A stretch of DNA of 64,000 nucleotides from an uncultured Methanosarcinaceae archaeon (GCA_963733675.1 CAVTET010000001.1:768001-832000), one strand, 5' to 3'. Shown: positions 21,167-32,973, counted from the stretch's first letter. Numbers and translations: made by a program. The notes: generated by a model not told the origin, from the letters alone.

Positions 21167-22150
21167 TTACGCTTTATTATGGGTTTCCTTTCGTTCCTCT
21201 ATGAAATTAAGGAGTTCTTGAGAATCACTTATCCTGTCAAGTTCCTTCTTTTCGATCAAAACTGTATTTTCCACGGATTTAATTTTGGAACATCCATTGA
21301 TAATAAAAACTGATTGTGTCTTTGTAACAGAGGAAATGCTGCTCATCAGGCTAGCACGTTTGATTATGGTTGTGTTGAATTCGCTGACTCCTGTGAGGAT
21401 AACTGAAGACTTATCCCTTGAAACAGCTTTAAAAGGCGCCTGAGCTGTGGGAAGAACATCATATCCAAGAGTGGAAATCATATTAAGGATCAAATCTTCC
21501 GGTAAAAGCATGCATGATTTTTTCTGAGTTTCTAACCCGGCTTCTGTCTTTTTCCTGGACTTTCTATTCCCACAAGATTTTAGAATATTTATGGGCCTTG
21601 CCAGCTCAACCTCAAAGATATCTTCTAACTGGAGCAGGATACCAATAGAAGTGTCCATTCCTTCTTCCTCATACTTACTAATAGTTCTCCTTGAAACACC
21701 TACCGTTGCAGCAAGAGCCCCTAGAGACATCGAATGATTAATCCTAGCTTTTTTGAGGGTGCCTCCCTCGATTGAAACATATAGTCCACCGGGGGCTGCC
21801 GAAACTAACGGTGGAATGTTTTCAATAAAGTAGTCGTGAAGAGTACTAACATTAAGGGCAAGAATATCATAACGCATGTATACAACGCTATCTTCAAGCA
21901 TCTGATCTCTGGTCTTGGCCCCCACGACAATAGCAGCACCTCCAATATACTCGGCCAGGTATTTCATCTCCCTGGCAGTTTCTTCATTCAGGCCGTCAAT
22001 ATTAAATAATACCTTGCAAAATAGTAGTATTTCACCTTTCCGTGCAGCGACGTCGAAACTTCTCGGACGAATGTTGCAGCGGTCAGAGAGTGAAAAGCCT
22101 GCACGTGACAACACATCAATAATTTGATGCATGAGATCCTCTTTTGACAT
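21167..22150 (-). CDS. Conserved archaeal HTH transcriptional regulator (COG1395 type)
   Basis: N-terminal SFDVAAR...KVLFNID restriction-endonuclease-like domain and a central XRE HTH (SLGALAATVGVSRRTISKYE). Divergent from tiaS, as is commonly seen. Confidence 0.88.
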   Translation of the reverse strand: MSKEDLMHQIIDVLSRAGFSLSDRCNIRPRSFDVAARKGEILLFCKVLFNIDGLNEETAREMKYLAEYIGGAAIVVGAKTRDQMLEDSVVYMRYDILALNVSTLHDYFIENIPPLVSAAPGGLYVSIEGGTLKKARINHSMSLGALAATVGVSRRTISKYEEEGMDTSIGILLQLEDIFEVELARPINILKSCGNRKSRKKTEAGLETQKKSCMLLPEDLILNMISTLGYDVLPTAQAPFKAVSRDKSSVILTGVSEFNTTIIKRASLMSSISSVTKTQSVFIINGCSKIKSVENTVLIEKKELDRISDSQELLNFIEERKETHNKA

Positions 22151-22296
22151 TCAGTATTTATTTCTGTTTGATCATCTATATACATGTTGCTAGTTAGCGA
22201 TACTCTAAAGTGTGAAAATAATTAAGTGATAACAAAAATGCAGCTATCTAGAACTGGTTGCATAAAGTATTAAGAAAAAGATTGAAAAGACAAAAA

Positions 22297-23583
22297 ATGA
22301 TTATCGGAATTGATGATACCGACTCAAATGAAGGAATGTGCACCACATACTTGGGAGCTGTGCTTCTTGAAGAACTGCAGATATATGGGATTGTTGAAAC
22401 TCTTCCTTTCCTTGTACGCCTTAACCCTACCATTCCTTATAAAACAAGAGGAAATGCTGCAATAGCCCTGAAGCTTAAAACAAACTGCCCCGAAAAAGCA
22501 ATTGCCTATATTTTGTCCAGAATAGAAGAACTTGCACATATGGATTGTGAAAAAACCAATCCAGGAGTTGTTTTTATCCTGGAAAAAGAATGTGAGAACC
22601 TCAAGCTTGCCCTCAAGAATTTTTTAACAGAGGCTATAGTTGATGTAATTGAGATACAGAAGGCAAAAAACATTATCTCGAAACATGGAATTCACTCAAA
22701 GGGTTTCAAAAACGGAAGAGGACTTATAGGTGCTCTTGCAGCATGTGGAGCCATGCTGAATCCTGAAGAAATGGATTACACTTTCGAGCATTTGGCATAC
22801 AGACGGAAGGAAAAATATGGGACTCCACGAAAAGTATATAAGGAAAGTTTCTTTGAAGCTGACAGAGAAACATACCCTAAAACATGGGATACTGTGGATC
22901 TCACAAACAAGGTTGTAGTCTGCATACCTCACTCGTTTGATCCAGTACTCTTTGGAATCAGGGGAGAAAATCCGGAAATCGTTACTAAAGCTGCAGGGAT
23001 CATCAGGTCTGAACCTGTTGAACGCTTTGCTGTATATAGGACAAACCAGGGCACTGATATGCACCTTCTGCCTGCAACAAACATTGCTGAAATCCGAAAT
23101 ATGCATTCTTACAAGCTTGAGGGAACTGTTTCAGCAGCTCCGAATACTATCAATGGAGGACATGTCATTTTCCCTCTTAGGGATGGTAGTGGAGAAGAGA
23201 TCGACTGTGCAGCCTTTGAGCCTACCAAAAACTTCAGGGTAATTGTTAGGCGGCTCATGTCAGGAGATAGAGTCATACTTTCGGGAAGTGTCAGCTCAGG
23301 GACGCTGAACATTGAAAAAATGGAAATTAAATATCTTGTGCCTCTTTATGCCGAAGAAAATCCAAAATGTCCTAACTGCGGAAAGCATATGAAATCTGCA
23401 GGACAAGGGCAGGGTTTACGCTGTAAAAAATGTAGGATAAGAACCCCCTCAAAAATCAGATATGAAGTAAAACGAGATATTGAGGTAGGACTTTACGAGG
23501 TTCCACCCTGTGCCAGAAGGCACCTCGCAAAACCGTTAGTCAGGGAAAAGCGATCTGAAACTAGAGTCTATCCTTCCCGATAA
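22297..23583 (+). CDS. tiaS: tRNA(Ile2) agmatidine synthetase
   Basis: IGIDDTDS..GMCTTY, LVRLNP.IPYKTRGN and TNQGTD.H motifs, an OB fold, a zinc ribbon (CPNC...CKKC) and RRHLAKPL. Confidence 0.96.
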   Translation: MIIGIDDTDSNEGMCTTYLGAVLLEELQIYGIVETLPFLVRLNPTIPYKTRGNAAIALKLKTNCPEKAIAYILSRIEELAHMDCEKTNPGVVFILEKECENLKLALKNFLTEAIVDVIEIQKAKNIISKHGIHSKGFKNGRGLIGALAACGAMLNPEEMDYTFEHLAYRRKEKYGTPRKVYKESFFEADRETYPKTWDTVDLTNKVVVCIPHSFDPVLFGIRGENPEIVTKAAGIIRSEPVERFAVYRTNQGTDMHLLPATNIAEIRNMHSYKLEGTVSAAPNTINGGHVIFPLRDGSGEEIDCAAFEPTKNFRVIVRRLMSGDRVILSGSVSSGTLNIEKMEIKYLVPLYAEENPKCPNCGKHMKSAGQGQGLRCKKCRIRTPSKIRYEVKRDIEVGLYEVPPCARRHLAKPLVREKRSETRVYPSR

Positions 23584-23655
23584 AAGGAATGATCGAAAAC
23601 TGAATTCTTAAGTTTCTTGAGCATCTCTTATTTTCTCATATTATCTGTAACCAGA

Positions 23656-24426
23656 TTAGCATATTTCAGGGACAGGTGGAATTTTTCTTTTATGCTCGCT
23701 TCTCTCGATGCGCTTCATTACGGAGTTCAGTTGCTCTAGGGAAACTCCAACGGTACTCATAATTATTTCAGGAGCTTTATTTTGTTCAAGCATCATTAGT
23801 ACATTATCCAGCTTTATATAAGAAATCCCAAGTTCATCTTCATCTGTTTGGCCTGTCCAGAGGCCTGCAGACGGTTTTTTGGCAATAATAAATTCCGGAA
23901 TCCTTACCCTGCGAGAGAGTTCCCAAACTTCTGTCTTGTAAAGCCTGGCTATAGGTTCAAGATCAACTCCTCCGTCTCCGTATTTAGTGTAATAGCCAAG
24001 AATAATTTCAGTTTTGTTGCTTGTTCCCATGACCAGGCGATTCATCTGGTTTGCATGAAAATAAAGAAGAGACATCCTTATCCTTGTTTTCAAGTTACCT
24101 TTGCTGAGCTTGTCAGCAGATTCGCTCTCAGGAATTGCAGCCATAAAAGCCGAAATAATTCCTGAAATATCAATTGTCCTAACATCGATCCCAAGCCAGT
24201 CTGCGAGAGCTTTCACTTCTCTGTTATCTGTAGAATGGGTTAGGCCGAATTCAGGCATGTGGATTCCGAGTACTTTATCCTTTCCGAGGGCTTTTACGGT
24301 AAGTGTTGCTGTAAGAGCTGAATCTATTCCTCCACTAATACCTATAACAACCCCATTAGCATCTGCTTTATCAGTTTCATTCCGGATAAAATCAATAATT
24401 TTATTTTGCATTATTTCAAGTTTCAT
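23656..24426 (-). CDS. nadE: NH3-dependent NAD+ synthetase
   Basis: GISGGIDS, GNLKTRIRM, GYYTKYGDG and KPSAGLW.GQTDEDELG motifs. Confidence 0.95.
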   Translation of the reverse strand: MKLEIMQNKIIDFIRNETDKADANGVVIGISGGIDSALTATLTVKALGKDKVLGIHMPEFGLTHSTDNREVKALADWLGIDVRTIDISGIISAFMAAIPESESADKLSKGNLKTRIRMSLLYFHANQMNRLVMGTSNKTEIILGYYTKYGDGGVDLEPIARLYKTEVWELSRRVRIPEFIIAKKPSAGLWTGQTDEDELGISYIKLDNVLMMLEQNKAPEIIMSTVGVSLEQLNSVMKRIERSEHKRKIPPVPEIC

Positions 24427-25126
24427 GCTGGCTATTTCCTGAACATTAGTGATATTAAAGTCTGGGTTACACAAGTGCCATACTAAGATTAAAATTTGAA
24501 TGATGCTTAGTAAATCGAATGATACTAAAGTCTGAATGAGATAAAATAACTTTATACACCAAAGCTGTAGATATATTGATCTTTACAAGAAAGTGGAACA
24601 AAGGATAAGCTTATCTAATAAATGTAAGGTATAAGGACAATATATTCTTGGAATATACTATTCCCAGACATGTGCTTATAAATAGTTAATCATTCAAATA
24701 GTTAATTATTCAATGAACTCCTATGAAAGCAGAACTGTTGTCTTGACATAGCCATAAGACACTAAGGTATTTTTTGGCCATGAATGCTGGACAGAAAATT
24801 CGAGGTTTTTCAATCACACAATAAAAAGTCAAGATGGAATGAAATTTCTCAAAGCAAAGGTATTCAAATAAAAATAGTGCCTAATATACATAAACTAGTA
24901 GCGTATACTAAGCAAGCAAGAGTTTAGATATATATACTGGTTTATTAATTTGTATGTCTGGCTATTAGTTCGTGAGGACTTCTAAAAAAAAGAGTTTAAT
25001 TCTCGTATTTTTAGAACAATTAGAGAGTCCTTCGCTCAAGGTTTTCAGCAACTCACGGACATAACTCAATTTTTTATAATTGAACATAAATTGTAACAAA
25101 GAAGACAACTATTTTCGGGATGATCT

Positions 25127-27463
25127 ATGGAAGAAATACAGTTGAAGGTTGAAAAAGCATATCCTATCGACCTTGGAAGGGGAATTATCCGACTTGATCC
25201 TACAACTTTACTAAGACTTCAGCTTTCGCCAGGTGATATTGTGGAAATAAGGGGGAAGAAAAAAACTACGGCAAAGGTATGGAGGGCAGATAGGCAGGAT
25301 TGGGAACAGGGACTCGTGAGAATCGATAACTTCATCAGACAAAATGCAGGAGTTTCCATAGGAGAGAAGGTAATTATCAAAAAAGTGGAAGCTTTGGAAG
25401 CAAAAAAGCTCATTTTGGCGCTTCCTGAAAGCATGACACAAGGAAGCCCTGAGCTCCAGTTCGGGGAGCATGCAAATGAGATCATAAAACGGCACATACT
25501 CAAAAGGCCAGTGTTCAGGGGCGACATTATTCCGATAATTAACTCTATGTCTCAGCCAATGACTGAATCCCTGACTACAAGCCAAGTAATTCCTCTGGTT
25601 GCTGTCGAGACTGATCCTTCAAACACAATAGTCATTATCACTGAGTTAACAGCTATTGAACTTCGAAAAAAACCAGTAAAGGGCTACGAAAAAGCAACTA
25701 AGGGCATAACTACTTATGAAGACATCGGAGGTCTTGGCGAGGAGATCATGCGTGTTCGGGAAATGATAGAGCTGCCTATGAAGCACCCGGAACTTTTTGG
25801 TCACTTGAATATAGAACCTCCGAAGGGAGTTATCCTATACGGCCCACCAGGCACTGGAAAAACTCTGATTGCAAAAGCCGTAGCAAATGAATCTGGAGCA
25901 AGTTTTCATTACATCGCAGGTCCAGAAATAGTAGGAAAGTTCTACGGAGAAAGTGAGGAAAGGCTCCGAAAGATCTTCGAAGAGGCAACACAGGATGCAC
26001 CTTCGGTCATTTTCATAGATGAAATTGACTCCATCGCTCCAAAAAGAGAAAATGTAACCGGAGAAGTGGAAAGGCGAGTGGTTGCTCAGCTCCTGACCCT
26101 TCTTGATGGAATGGAAGAAAGAGGTCAAGTTGTGGTTATAGGAGCCACTAATCGTGTGGATGCAATCGACCCTGCGCTCAGAAGACCAGGTCGTTTTGAC
26201 AGAGAAATCCATGTCGGTGTGCCTGATACGAAAGATAGATACGAAATCCTGCAAATTCACACACGTGGCATGCCTATCGAGAGAGTTGATAAACTAGAAA
26301 CCGAAACAGAAATAGAAGTCGAGGCTTATGAGGCTGATGAAGCTTCCCTTGAGAGGGAAAAGAAGGATAAGATAAACAAATACTTGATGTATCTGGCTGA
26401 GCGAACTCAAGGATTTGTAGGTGCGGACCTTCTGGCTCTAGTGCAGGAAGCTGCCATGCGCTGCCTAAGGGAAAATTTGCCTGAACTTGATCTCGAAAAG
26501 GAAACAATCCCCCCGGAAAAACTGGAAAAAATAGTTGTGACCAAGAAAAATTTTGAAGATGCCTTGATGGAAGCTGAACCTTCAGCTCTGAGAGAAATTT
26601 TTGTAGAAATGCCCACCGTAACCTGGGATGATGTTGGAGGGCTGGATGAAGCAAAGCAGTCAATCATTGAGGCTGTAGAGTGGCCCATTAAAAGTCCACA
26701 AAAATTTATCCAGATGGGTATAAAGGCTCCAAGAGGAATCCTGCTTTACGGTCCGCCAGGGACAGGAAAAACACTTCTAGCCCAAGCTGTTGCCAGGGAG
26801 TCAAATGCAAATTTCATAAGTGTTAAAGGGCCAGAGATATTCTCAAAATGGCTTGGGGAATCGGAAAAAGCTATCAGGGAAACTTTCAAAAAAGCGCGAC
26901 AAGTTGTTCCCTGTGTAATTTTCTTCGATGAAATAGATTCAGTTGCTTCCATGTCGGGCGTGGATTCCACAGATAGTCATACTTCAGAGAGAGTGCTGAA
27001 CCAGCTCTTGACAGAAATGGACGGTCTGGAGATTCATAAAGAGGTGGTAGTGATTGCTGCAACCAATCGTCCTAACCTCTTGGATCCTGCAATCATACGT
27101 CCTGGTCGCTTCGACAGATTGGTCTATTTGGGGACTCCTGACCGCAGAGGCAGACTCAAAATTTTTAAGATACACACCAAAAATACACCCCTTAGCAAGG
27201 ATGTGAACCTTGAAAACCTTGCCGACATAACTGAGGGTTATGTGGGGGCTGACATAGAATCAATATGTAGGGAAGCTGTTTTGATTGCTCTCAGAGAGAA
27301 TTTTGGTATAGAAATGATAGAAATGAGACATTTCAGTGAAGCTCTGAAGAAGGTAAAGCCCACTATTACAGAAAATATTGCTCAATTCTACGAAAAAATA
27401 GAAGCACAATTTAAGGGAGGCCAGAAACTAACAGAATCAGGTGCATATGTTGGTTACAGATGA
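25127..27463 (+). CDS. cdc48: CDC48/VCP (VAT) family AAA+ ATPase
   Basis: N-domain plus two AAA modules (GPPGTGKT twice, DEID, RPGRFDR). Confidence 0.96.
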   Translation: MEEIQLKVEKAYPIDLGRGIIRLDPTTLLRLQLSPGDIVEIRGKKKTTAKVWRADRQDWEQGLVRIDNFIRQNAGVSIGEKVIIKKVEALEAKKLILALPESMTQGSPELQFGEHANEIIKRHILKRPVFRGDIIPIINSMSQPMTESLTTSQVIPLVAVETDPSNTIVIITELTAIELRKKPVKGYEKATKGITTYEDIGGLGEEIMRVREMIELPMKHPELFGHLNIEPPKGVILYGPPGTGKTLIAKAVANESGASFHYIAGPEIVGKFYGESEERLRKIFEEATQDAPSVIFIDEIDSIAPKRENVTGEVERRVVAQLLTLLDGMEERGQVVVIGATNRVDAIDPALRRPGRFDREIHVGVPDTKDRYEILQIHTRGMPIERVDKLETETEIEVEAYEADEASLEREKKDKINKYLMYLAERTQGFVGADLLALVQEAAMRCLRENLPELDLEKETIPPEKLEKIVVTKKNFEDALMEAEPSALREIFVEMPTVTWDDVGGLDEAKQSIIEAVEWPIKSPQKFIQMGIKAPRGILLYGPPGTGKTLLAQAVARESNANFISVKGPEIFSKWLGESEKAIRETFKKARQVVPCVIFFDEIDSVASMSGVDSTDSHTSERVLNQLLTEMDGLEIHKEVVVIAATNRPNLLDPAIIRPGRFDRLVYLGTPDRRGRLKIFKIHTKNTPLSKDVNLENLADITEGYVGADIESICREAVLIALRENFGIEMIEMRHFSEALKKVKPTITENIAQFYEKIEAQFKGGQKLTESGAYVGYR

Positions 27464-27610
27464 GAAATGAAATGATTAACTTTTTAAAGAATAAGTACTT
27501 GAACAGAAAAGTTTTTAAAGAATATAACTCCAATTGGAGTAAATTATCCAAAGTGAAAAGCCAGGTTTACCCTAACCCGCATAAAATTGAGAATGGAGAC
27601 ACGATATAAA

Positions 27611-27865
27611 ATGTCGACAGTATTTGCAAGGAACCTTCTCTTCAACAAGCAGGTAATGGCTACCGACGGAACGGAGATAGGAACGCTGAGCAACATTATA
27701 ATCGAGAGTAAAGGGGGAAATATCATTGACCTGATGATCACCCCAAATCCAAACTTTGACACTTCAAGGTACAAAAAAGTGGACAACTATATTATTATGT
27801 CTTTCGATTCCGTAAGCGCCATTAAGGACTACATTATAGTGGACAAGATGAAAGCAAGGGCATGA
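27611..27865 (+). CDS. PRC-barrel domain protein (CdpB-like)
   Basis: MSTVFARNLLFNKQVMATDGTEIGTLSNI...G.IIDL...V.AIKDYIIV is an archaeal PRC-barrel pattern. GGAG RBS. Confidence 0.85.
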   Translation: MSTVFARNLLFNKQVMATDGTEIGTLSNIIIESKGGNIIDLMITPNPNFDTSRYKKVDNYIIMSFDSVSAIKDYIIVDKMKARA

Positions 27866-28367
27866 ATTAAAACATAAGGGAACGGAATAATAGATCTCTT
27901 TCTATTAGAATCTTGTCTTCATTTTTTTAATTTATCTATATTTCAGCCCAAAATAACTCCTTTTTTAACTCCTAAAATGGTAAATTTCCTTCCTCGACGA
28001 GTGCCATTCCTGCAGATGGAAGATTAGACTAGTCGACTTTTCAGCATAACATAAGCTACGTATTCATGTAGGTACAGATAGTAATTATATGGCAAGATAT
28101 ATATATATACTTATATAGTCTTACATGAATAAATAGATGTTTGATGTGATCTTGATCATCAAAATAATTCTATATGTTCATTAAAGCATCACTTTGTGTT
28201 AAGTATAAAGATAGAGAAAATATCTTACATATCAGAAATAGTTGCTACCCTGAAAGCAAAAATCCATCTTTTCAGTGATTAATTCGAGGTGGATGTACTG
28301 AATCTGGAGTGCGATGAAGCTTATTTTGATATGATCTTTGCATCAAAACCAACAATCTGTACCCTAA

Positions 28368-28457
28368 AGAGGATTTAGATAAGACACTGATTTTCACGAG
28401 TCACATATATACAATTTATAAGCATATAACTAAATTCAGGGTTTATTAAAATCCTTT
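28368..28457 (-). mobile_element. ~90-bp MITE copy
   Basis: AGAGGATTTAGATAA...GGGTTTATTAAAATCCT ends, with internal TTTTCACGAGT. Confidence 0.75.
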
Positions 28458-28604
28458 GCAATTAGTATAAGATGTCCACGAAAAAAATTGAAGACATCGG
28501 TTTTCAACTAATATTCCTCCAAAGGAATCATTGTATTACCTTCAATATCGTTTTAATCTTGATACATCGATCGATACATCCATTGCTTTGTTTTCCTCTG
28601 TCAT

Positions 28605-28942
28605 TATCAATTGTTCCAACGCAACTTCCATCAGTTCACAGTTCGCCATCCTATAACTGTTATTTAAATCTTAGCGTATTTTTTAAAGATTTTTCTTGCT
28701 ATGGCACTTTTTAGAATCTACCTTACTCTTTAAAGAGAATATTTTGGGTTTGATGCACTTAGTAATGATGTTGATTATTTACATTTTTTTGGTGCTAAAC
28801 CAAAATTTACTTCTTCAAGAGTTGTGGGCCTCATAAAAAGTGCCATAGCAAGAAAAATCTTTAAAAAATACGCTAAGATTTAAATAACAGTTATAGGATG
28901 GCGAACTGTGAACTGATGGAAGTTGCGTTGGAACAATTGATA
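28605..28942. repeat. Perfect 109-bp inverted repeat (28605-28713 / 28834-28942), 120-bp spacer
   Basis: Base-by-base comparison found no mismatch. Confidence 0.95.
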
Positions 28943-29100
28943 TAGTACAAATTCTAAGTCGCAAAAACTATGTTGAAAATCATGAAACTAGAAAGAAAAA
29001 AGCATATAATCAAATTAAAAATATTTGCTTCTGAATAATTCCTTTATATCCATGTGGGGGTGTGAACATATTCAGTCACTTGTAGTTGGGTATTTGATGA
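28730..29100 (+). mobile_element. IS200 tnpA remnant with right end
   Basis: Translates with frameshifts to IKSAIARKIFKKY...GEL..DG...GT, the Y1 transposase KSITARKIF...LWGGELWSDGGY region. Confidence 0.7.
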
Positions 29101-29178
29101 GGTTTAGAACAAATGATGCTCATATATGTTAGGTATACAAGTTGAAAAAACAATGCAAGATGCCATATCTTGCAAATT

Positions 29179-30315
29179 TTATCTTTCTTTATCTCTAAGA
29201 ATCACTATGTTCCCCCGTCCTCTTTTGAACTTCTCAACCAATTTTCTCTTTTCGAGGTCAGCGAGCATGAGGCTAACTTTTCCTTCGGAATATTTCAGCC
29301 TGCTGCGTAGATTTTTCTGAGTAATCCGACCACCTTGGCCTCTAATTATGTCTATAACTTCCTGGAGGTCTGCGGGAAGTGGGAGCTTTTTCTCAGGGGC
29401 AGGAGTTTTAATTTGTGGATTTTCCGCGGTTTCTTCAAGGGAAATTTTCAGATTTTCTTCTTCTACCCAGAATTTCGCTAATTCAGTTTCATTTTCTGGA
29501 AGTTTAGTTTCCTGTACTGGATATTCTTCTTCATTTTCTGCAAGTGTTTTCCTCTCCAGTATTTCGGATTTGAGTTTTGTTACTGGCTCTGTTATGGATT
29601 CAGTTTCGTCAGTATATCCCTGAAAATCCTGCATCACTTCAGGATCAATGATTTTATATGGAACTTTCATCGAAAGCTCTTGAGTATTTATAATTCCGAC
29701 TGTGTCTTCGATTTTGTGCCTTGTTTTTTCTTTATGAGGCGCTATTTTTACCATCTTATGCTTTCTAAAAAATTGATAGCTTCCAACTAGTAGAATTAAA
29801 AGCATAAGAAATATTAGCAGATAATTTACATTTGGAAAGTTAAATCCGTTTTTTTCGGTGATATTCACGCCATTAGAAGTATTTATTTTGGGTAAGGCTG
29901 GTTTTGTCGCTGATTTTCTTTCAATGGAGGTTGAGTTTTTAGAAAATACATCTAATCCAGAGCCAGTCATTAGCTCTTCGGAGTAAACGGGAAGAAGCAG
30001 AAGGTCAAGAACATAATTTCCGTCACCTTTAATTTTGATTATTCCTGTTGCTGAATGAGTGAGGGTGTTGTTCTGGTAATATTTAGCTGTGATATAGTAG
30101 TCCCCAGGCGTAAGTTCAAAGGAATATAGGCCATATTTTGCCACCATAAATTGTAAAGGAGTTGAATTTACTTCGACAACGGCATTTTCCAGGGGTTCGA
30201 AAGTATCCCATCCATAAACTTCACCATGAACTGTAGCGGTGTTGCCTGCTATGGCAGGTGCAACCAATGCGAATACTATAGCAGCAATACAAGCAATAAA
30301 GAACCTTAGATTCAT
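29179..30315 (-). CDS. Membrane-anchored protein with C-terminal winged HTH (COG2512-like)
   Basis: Signal peptide, extracellular beta-sandwich, TM segment (YLLIFLMLLILLVGSY), acidic linker and C-terminal GGRITQKNLR..L.YSEGKVSLMLADLE. Confidence 0.85.
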   Translation of the reverse strand: MNLRFFIACIAAIVFALVAPAIAGNTATVHGEVYGWDTFEPLENAVVEVNSTPLQFMVAKYGLYSFELTPGDYYITAKYYQNNTLTHSATGIIKIKGDGNYVLDLLLLPVYSEELMTGSGLDVFSKNSTSIERKSATKPALPKINTSNGVNITEKNGFNFPNVNYLLIFLMLLILLVGSYQFFRKHKMVKIAPHKEKTRHKIEDTVGIINTQELSMKVPYKIIDPEVMQDFQGYTDETESITEPVTKLKSEILERKTLAENEEEYPVQETKLPENETELAKFWVEEENLKISLEETAENPQIKTPAPEKKLPLPADLQEVIDIIRGQGGRITQKNLRSRLKYSEGKVSLMLADLEKRKLVEKFKRGRGNIVILRDKER

Positions 30316-30456
30316 TTTTATCAGTAAGTCCAAACTGGAATTGGATTTTGTTATCCTTTCATGTAGCAATATATTTGTACACTTTTTTTAGAAAGTCTAT
30401 GACTTTATTTAATAAAACTTCCTTTGTTCTGGCACTTCCAGACCAAACATGTTCTC

Positions 30457-31500
30457 TTAGGTGCGATTATTTACCATCTTGTACCTAGCTTCAACATTAT
30501 AATCTTTTGAATAACGTCTGTATATATAAGGACTCATTCCTTTCTCAAAGAAAGGCTTAGCCCAGTTTTTTTCTTTTATTATTTTACCTGCATTCTCAAT
30601 CTTGTATGTGCCGTTCCCAAAGAGCGACGAATGCCCATTCCCATATGCATAGATAGTAATATTTGAACCGCTGAGCATTACTGTCTGAAGGGAATCTGGG
30701 ATTTTTATGTCAGCAGAAACTATATTGTATACTAACATTTTATCATGCACATCTTTTTTCTCTTCAAACGTGTAGTTTCCCTTTATATCTATTTCGACAT
30801 TTTTAGGTGGATTCAGTATTGTAATATTCCCATTTTCTAGATGCAGGTTAAGGGTAAAATCTCCCACAAAAATCGCTTTTCCATCTCCTGTTGCACCGAA
30901 TCTGAACTTTTTGTTTAGCTCCTCGTTACCAGGCATCATTCGATGGAATTCCTCGAAAATCTCTTTAAATATAATGTTTGCTTTAATCATTATTTTTTGA
31001 GACCTAATCAAATGTTCCCTTTCTATATTTTCGGATGGATACTTCCCTAAATTTGTGTTCATAGATGAGCTGCTGTTTTGTTTATTGAAAGTAATATTTG
31101 CGAGGGCTCTGTCTTTTTTTGCTTTTTCTATAAGGTGATCATATTGCAAAAGTAAGATCTCAAGTCTGTCAACATTCATCCCTTCTTCTTTATGATGTTT
31201 GATCCCTGCCTTAATATGCATTGAAATAATTTCTGCTTTTTCAATATTTCTGTCGAGAATGGATGTTGCATTTTTAAGATTGTGAACTGACTTAAAGCCT
31301 GGACCTTCAGAGAGATCATGAGGATGTACATCTGGCATCTGGCATTCATGATCCAGGAGTCCAGCATAAGGATAAAAGATAATCCTGTAAATATTTTCTG
31401 GAGCATTGTAATTAAGGGGCTGAGGTTCCGTATAAATACAACCTGAAATTGTGATAATGCCTGCAAGTATCAGGAGCAGGGGAAAAAATTTGATTTTCAT
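30457..31500 (-). CDS. Hypothetical lipoprotein
   Basis: 347 aa. Archaeal lipobox ITISGC after a hydrophobic signal, helical middle region and beta-rich C-terminus. Confidence 0.8.
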   Translation of the reverse strand: MKIKFFPLLLILAGIITISGCIYTEPQPLNYNAPENIYRIIFYPYAGLLDHECQMPDVHPHDLSEGPGFKSVHNLKNATSILDRNIEKAEIISMHIKAGIKHHKEEGMNVDRLEILLLQYDHLIEKAKKDRALANITFNKQNSSSSMNTNLGKYPSENIEREHLIRSQKIMIKANIIFKEIFEEFHRMMPGNEELNKKFRFGATGDGKAIFVGDFTLNLHLENGNITILNPPKNVEIDIKGNYTFEEKKDVHDKMLVYNIVSADIKIPDSLQTVMLSGSNITIYAYGNGHSSLFGNGTYKIENAGKIIKEKNWAKPFFEKGMSPYIYRRYSKDYNVEARYKMVNNRT

Positions 31501-31699
31501 AATGGGTCACATCGTATGGAAAGAACCTAATTATGGATTGTATTTTTATATCTGGATTCAAATATTTTGATTTGTTCCAAAATTTGAACGATTATTTCTA
31601 AACAATAAAGTTCCACGAATAATTATGAGGTTTATAATGATTTTCCGGAACATTTAGTGAATTCTTTTTTCCTCTGTATTTCTGAGATCTTTTAACATG

Positions 31700-32053
31700 A
31701 CTTTGTGAAAATAAGGGAGTTATTGGGCTTTTCCCAAAGGCAGTAGGTGATTATCTTTTCACTCCATAATAACCCTTTTTTCTTTATTTCTGGCTTCATT
31801 TTATCTGCTTTACCCTGGTAAATTCGGCTTCGGAGTATGATTCAATAATGTATTTTGAAGTGTTAAGTCCAATTCCAAGTATATCTAAGGTCCCCCTTCG
31901 GAAATCGCCCTCTGATTCAGAAGTTTGAGAATTTTGATTGAGGTAGCATTCGAAAGAATGAGGCAATTTTCCTGAGATCCTCGGAAAGCTGCAGAATTAG
32001 CAATTTTCCTGGTTATCAGATATTTTTATTATGTTATCTTTATCTATGTACAT
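31700..32053 (-). pseudogene. ArsR-family HTH regulator pseudogene
   Basis: Frameshifted fragments KLLILQLSEDLRKIA / ILSNATSIKILKLL / LGIGLNTSKYIIES..EA..RVKQIK*SQK resemble Methanosarcina ArsR regulators. Confidence 0.65.
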
Positions 32054-32594
32054 GTTTTCAGGTATTTATATGAATCTCTTTGGTGATATAAATATACAGT
32101 AAGAAGTACACCTATACACCTAATCAGTGTTGAGAATCTTTTACTTTATTCATATCATCGATACTTTAACATTTTTTTGCGATGGCATAAAATCATACAT
32201 CACCATACTATTTTTAGTTTCTTTTGTTGGATGGCACTACTTGAGATGTTTCTAGTATATATGCTGTATTTGGATTTAAATACACGAGCTGGTTCACTTT
32301 TTCAACAAGGTTAATGGATCAAATATTATATTTATGCCTGAAAAAATCATTTTGAATCTTAATAATCATACTTACAAAATTTTTGTTTTTAAGGCCATTA
32401 CTCTTTAAAAATTCATAATTGATTATTTATCCGATTTTGAGCCATTTTCTTGTTTAAATTCTATTTCCTTCTTTAAAGTTACATTAAAATAAAAGAACAT
32501 CGGTGGATCTAAGAGTCTATAGAACAGATCTTTGCCCTAAAGTTCATGTGTCAATTAATATAATAAATTTTTTTTGTTCAAAAATATATCAAAT

Positions 32595-32885
32595 TTAGAT
32601 AAATTCCTATGCAGTTGATTATTGGCTAGTTTAATTATTTTAACAAAAATTTTTACTCATGAAAACTCTACTGAATCTGCTTTTAAAAAACAACGGAAAT
32701 TTCTTCAGTCAGTTAGAGGCCAACTTGCTGATAATAGATTAATTACTTCATCAATTGGAAATTTTTTCGTATATTTTTTGGTCCATGTATTCACAAAATC
32801 GTTTCCTGAGGAAGTACAGAAATTAGCAAAAAGATTTGGACAGGATTCACACGAAGAAAAAATTTGAGATAAATAGGAATTCTAT
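32595..32885 (+). mobile_element. Internally deleted IS5-group remnant with both TIRs
   Basis: The 5' ~200 bp are highly similar to 36714-36900. A right TIR GAGATAAATAGGAATTCT lies at ~32866-32883. Confidence 0.75.
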
Positions 32886-32973
32886 GTATATCCTATATTT
32901 TCATAGTTCCTTACTTATTAACTGTTTCCTAGAACCGAAATCCTTATTCAAAATCTCGATCTATGGAAAGAGC

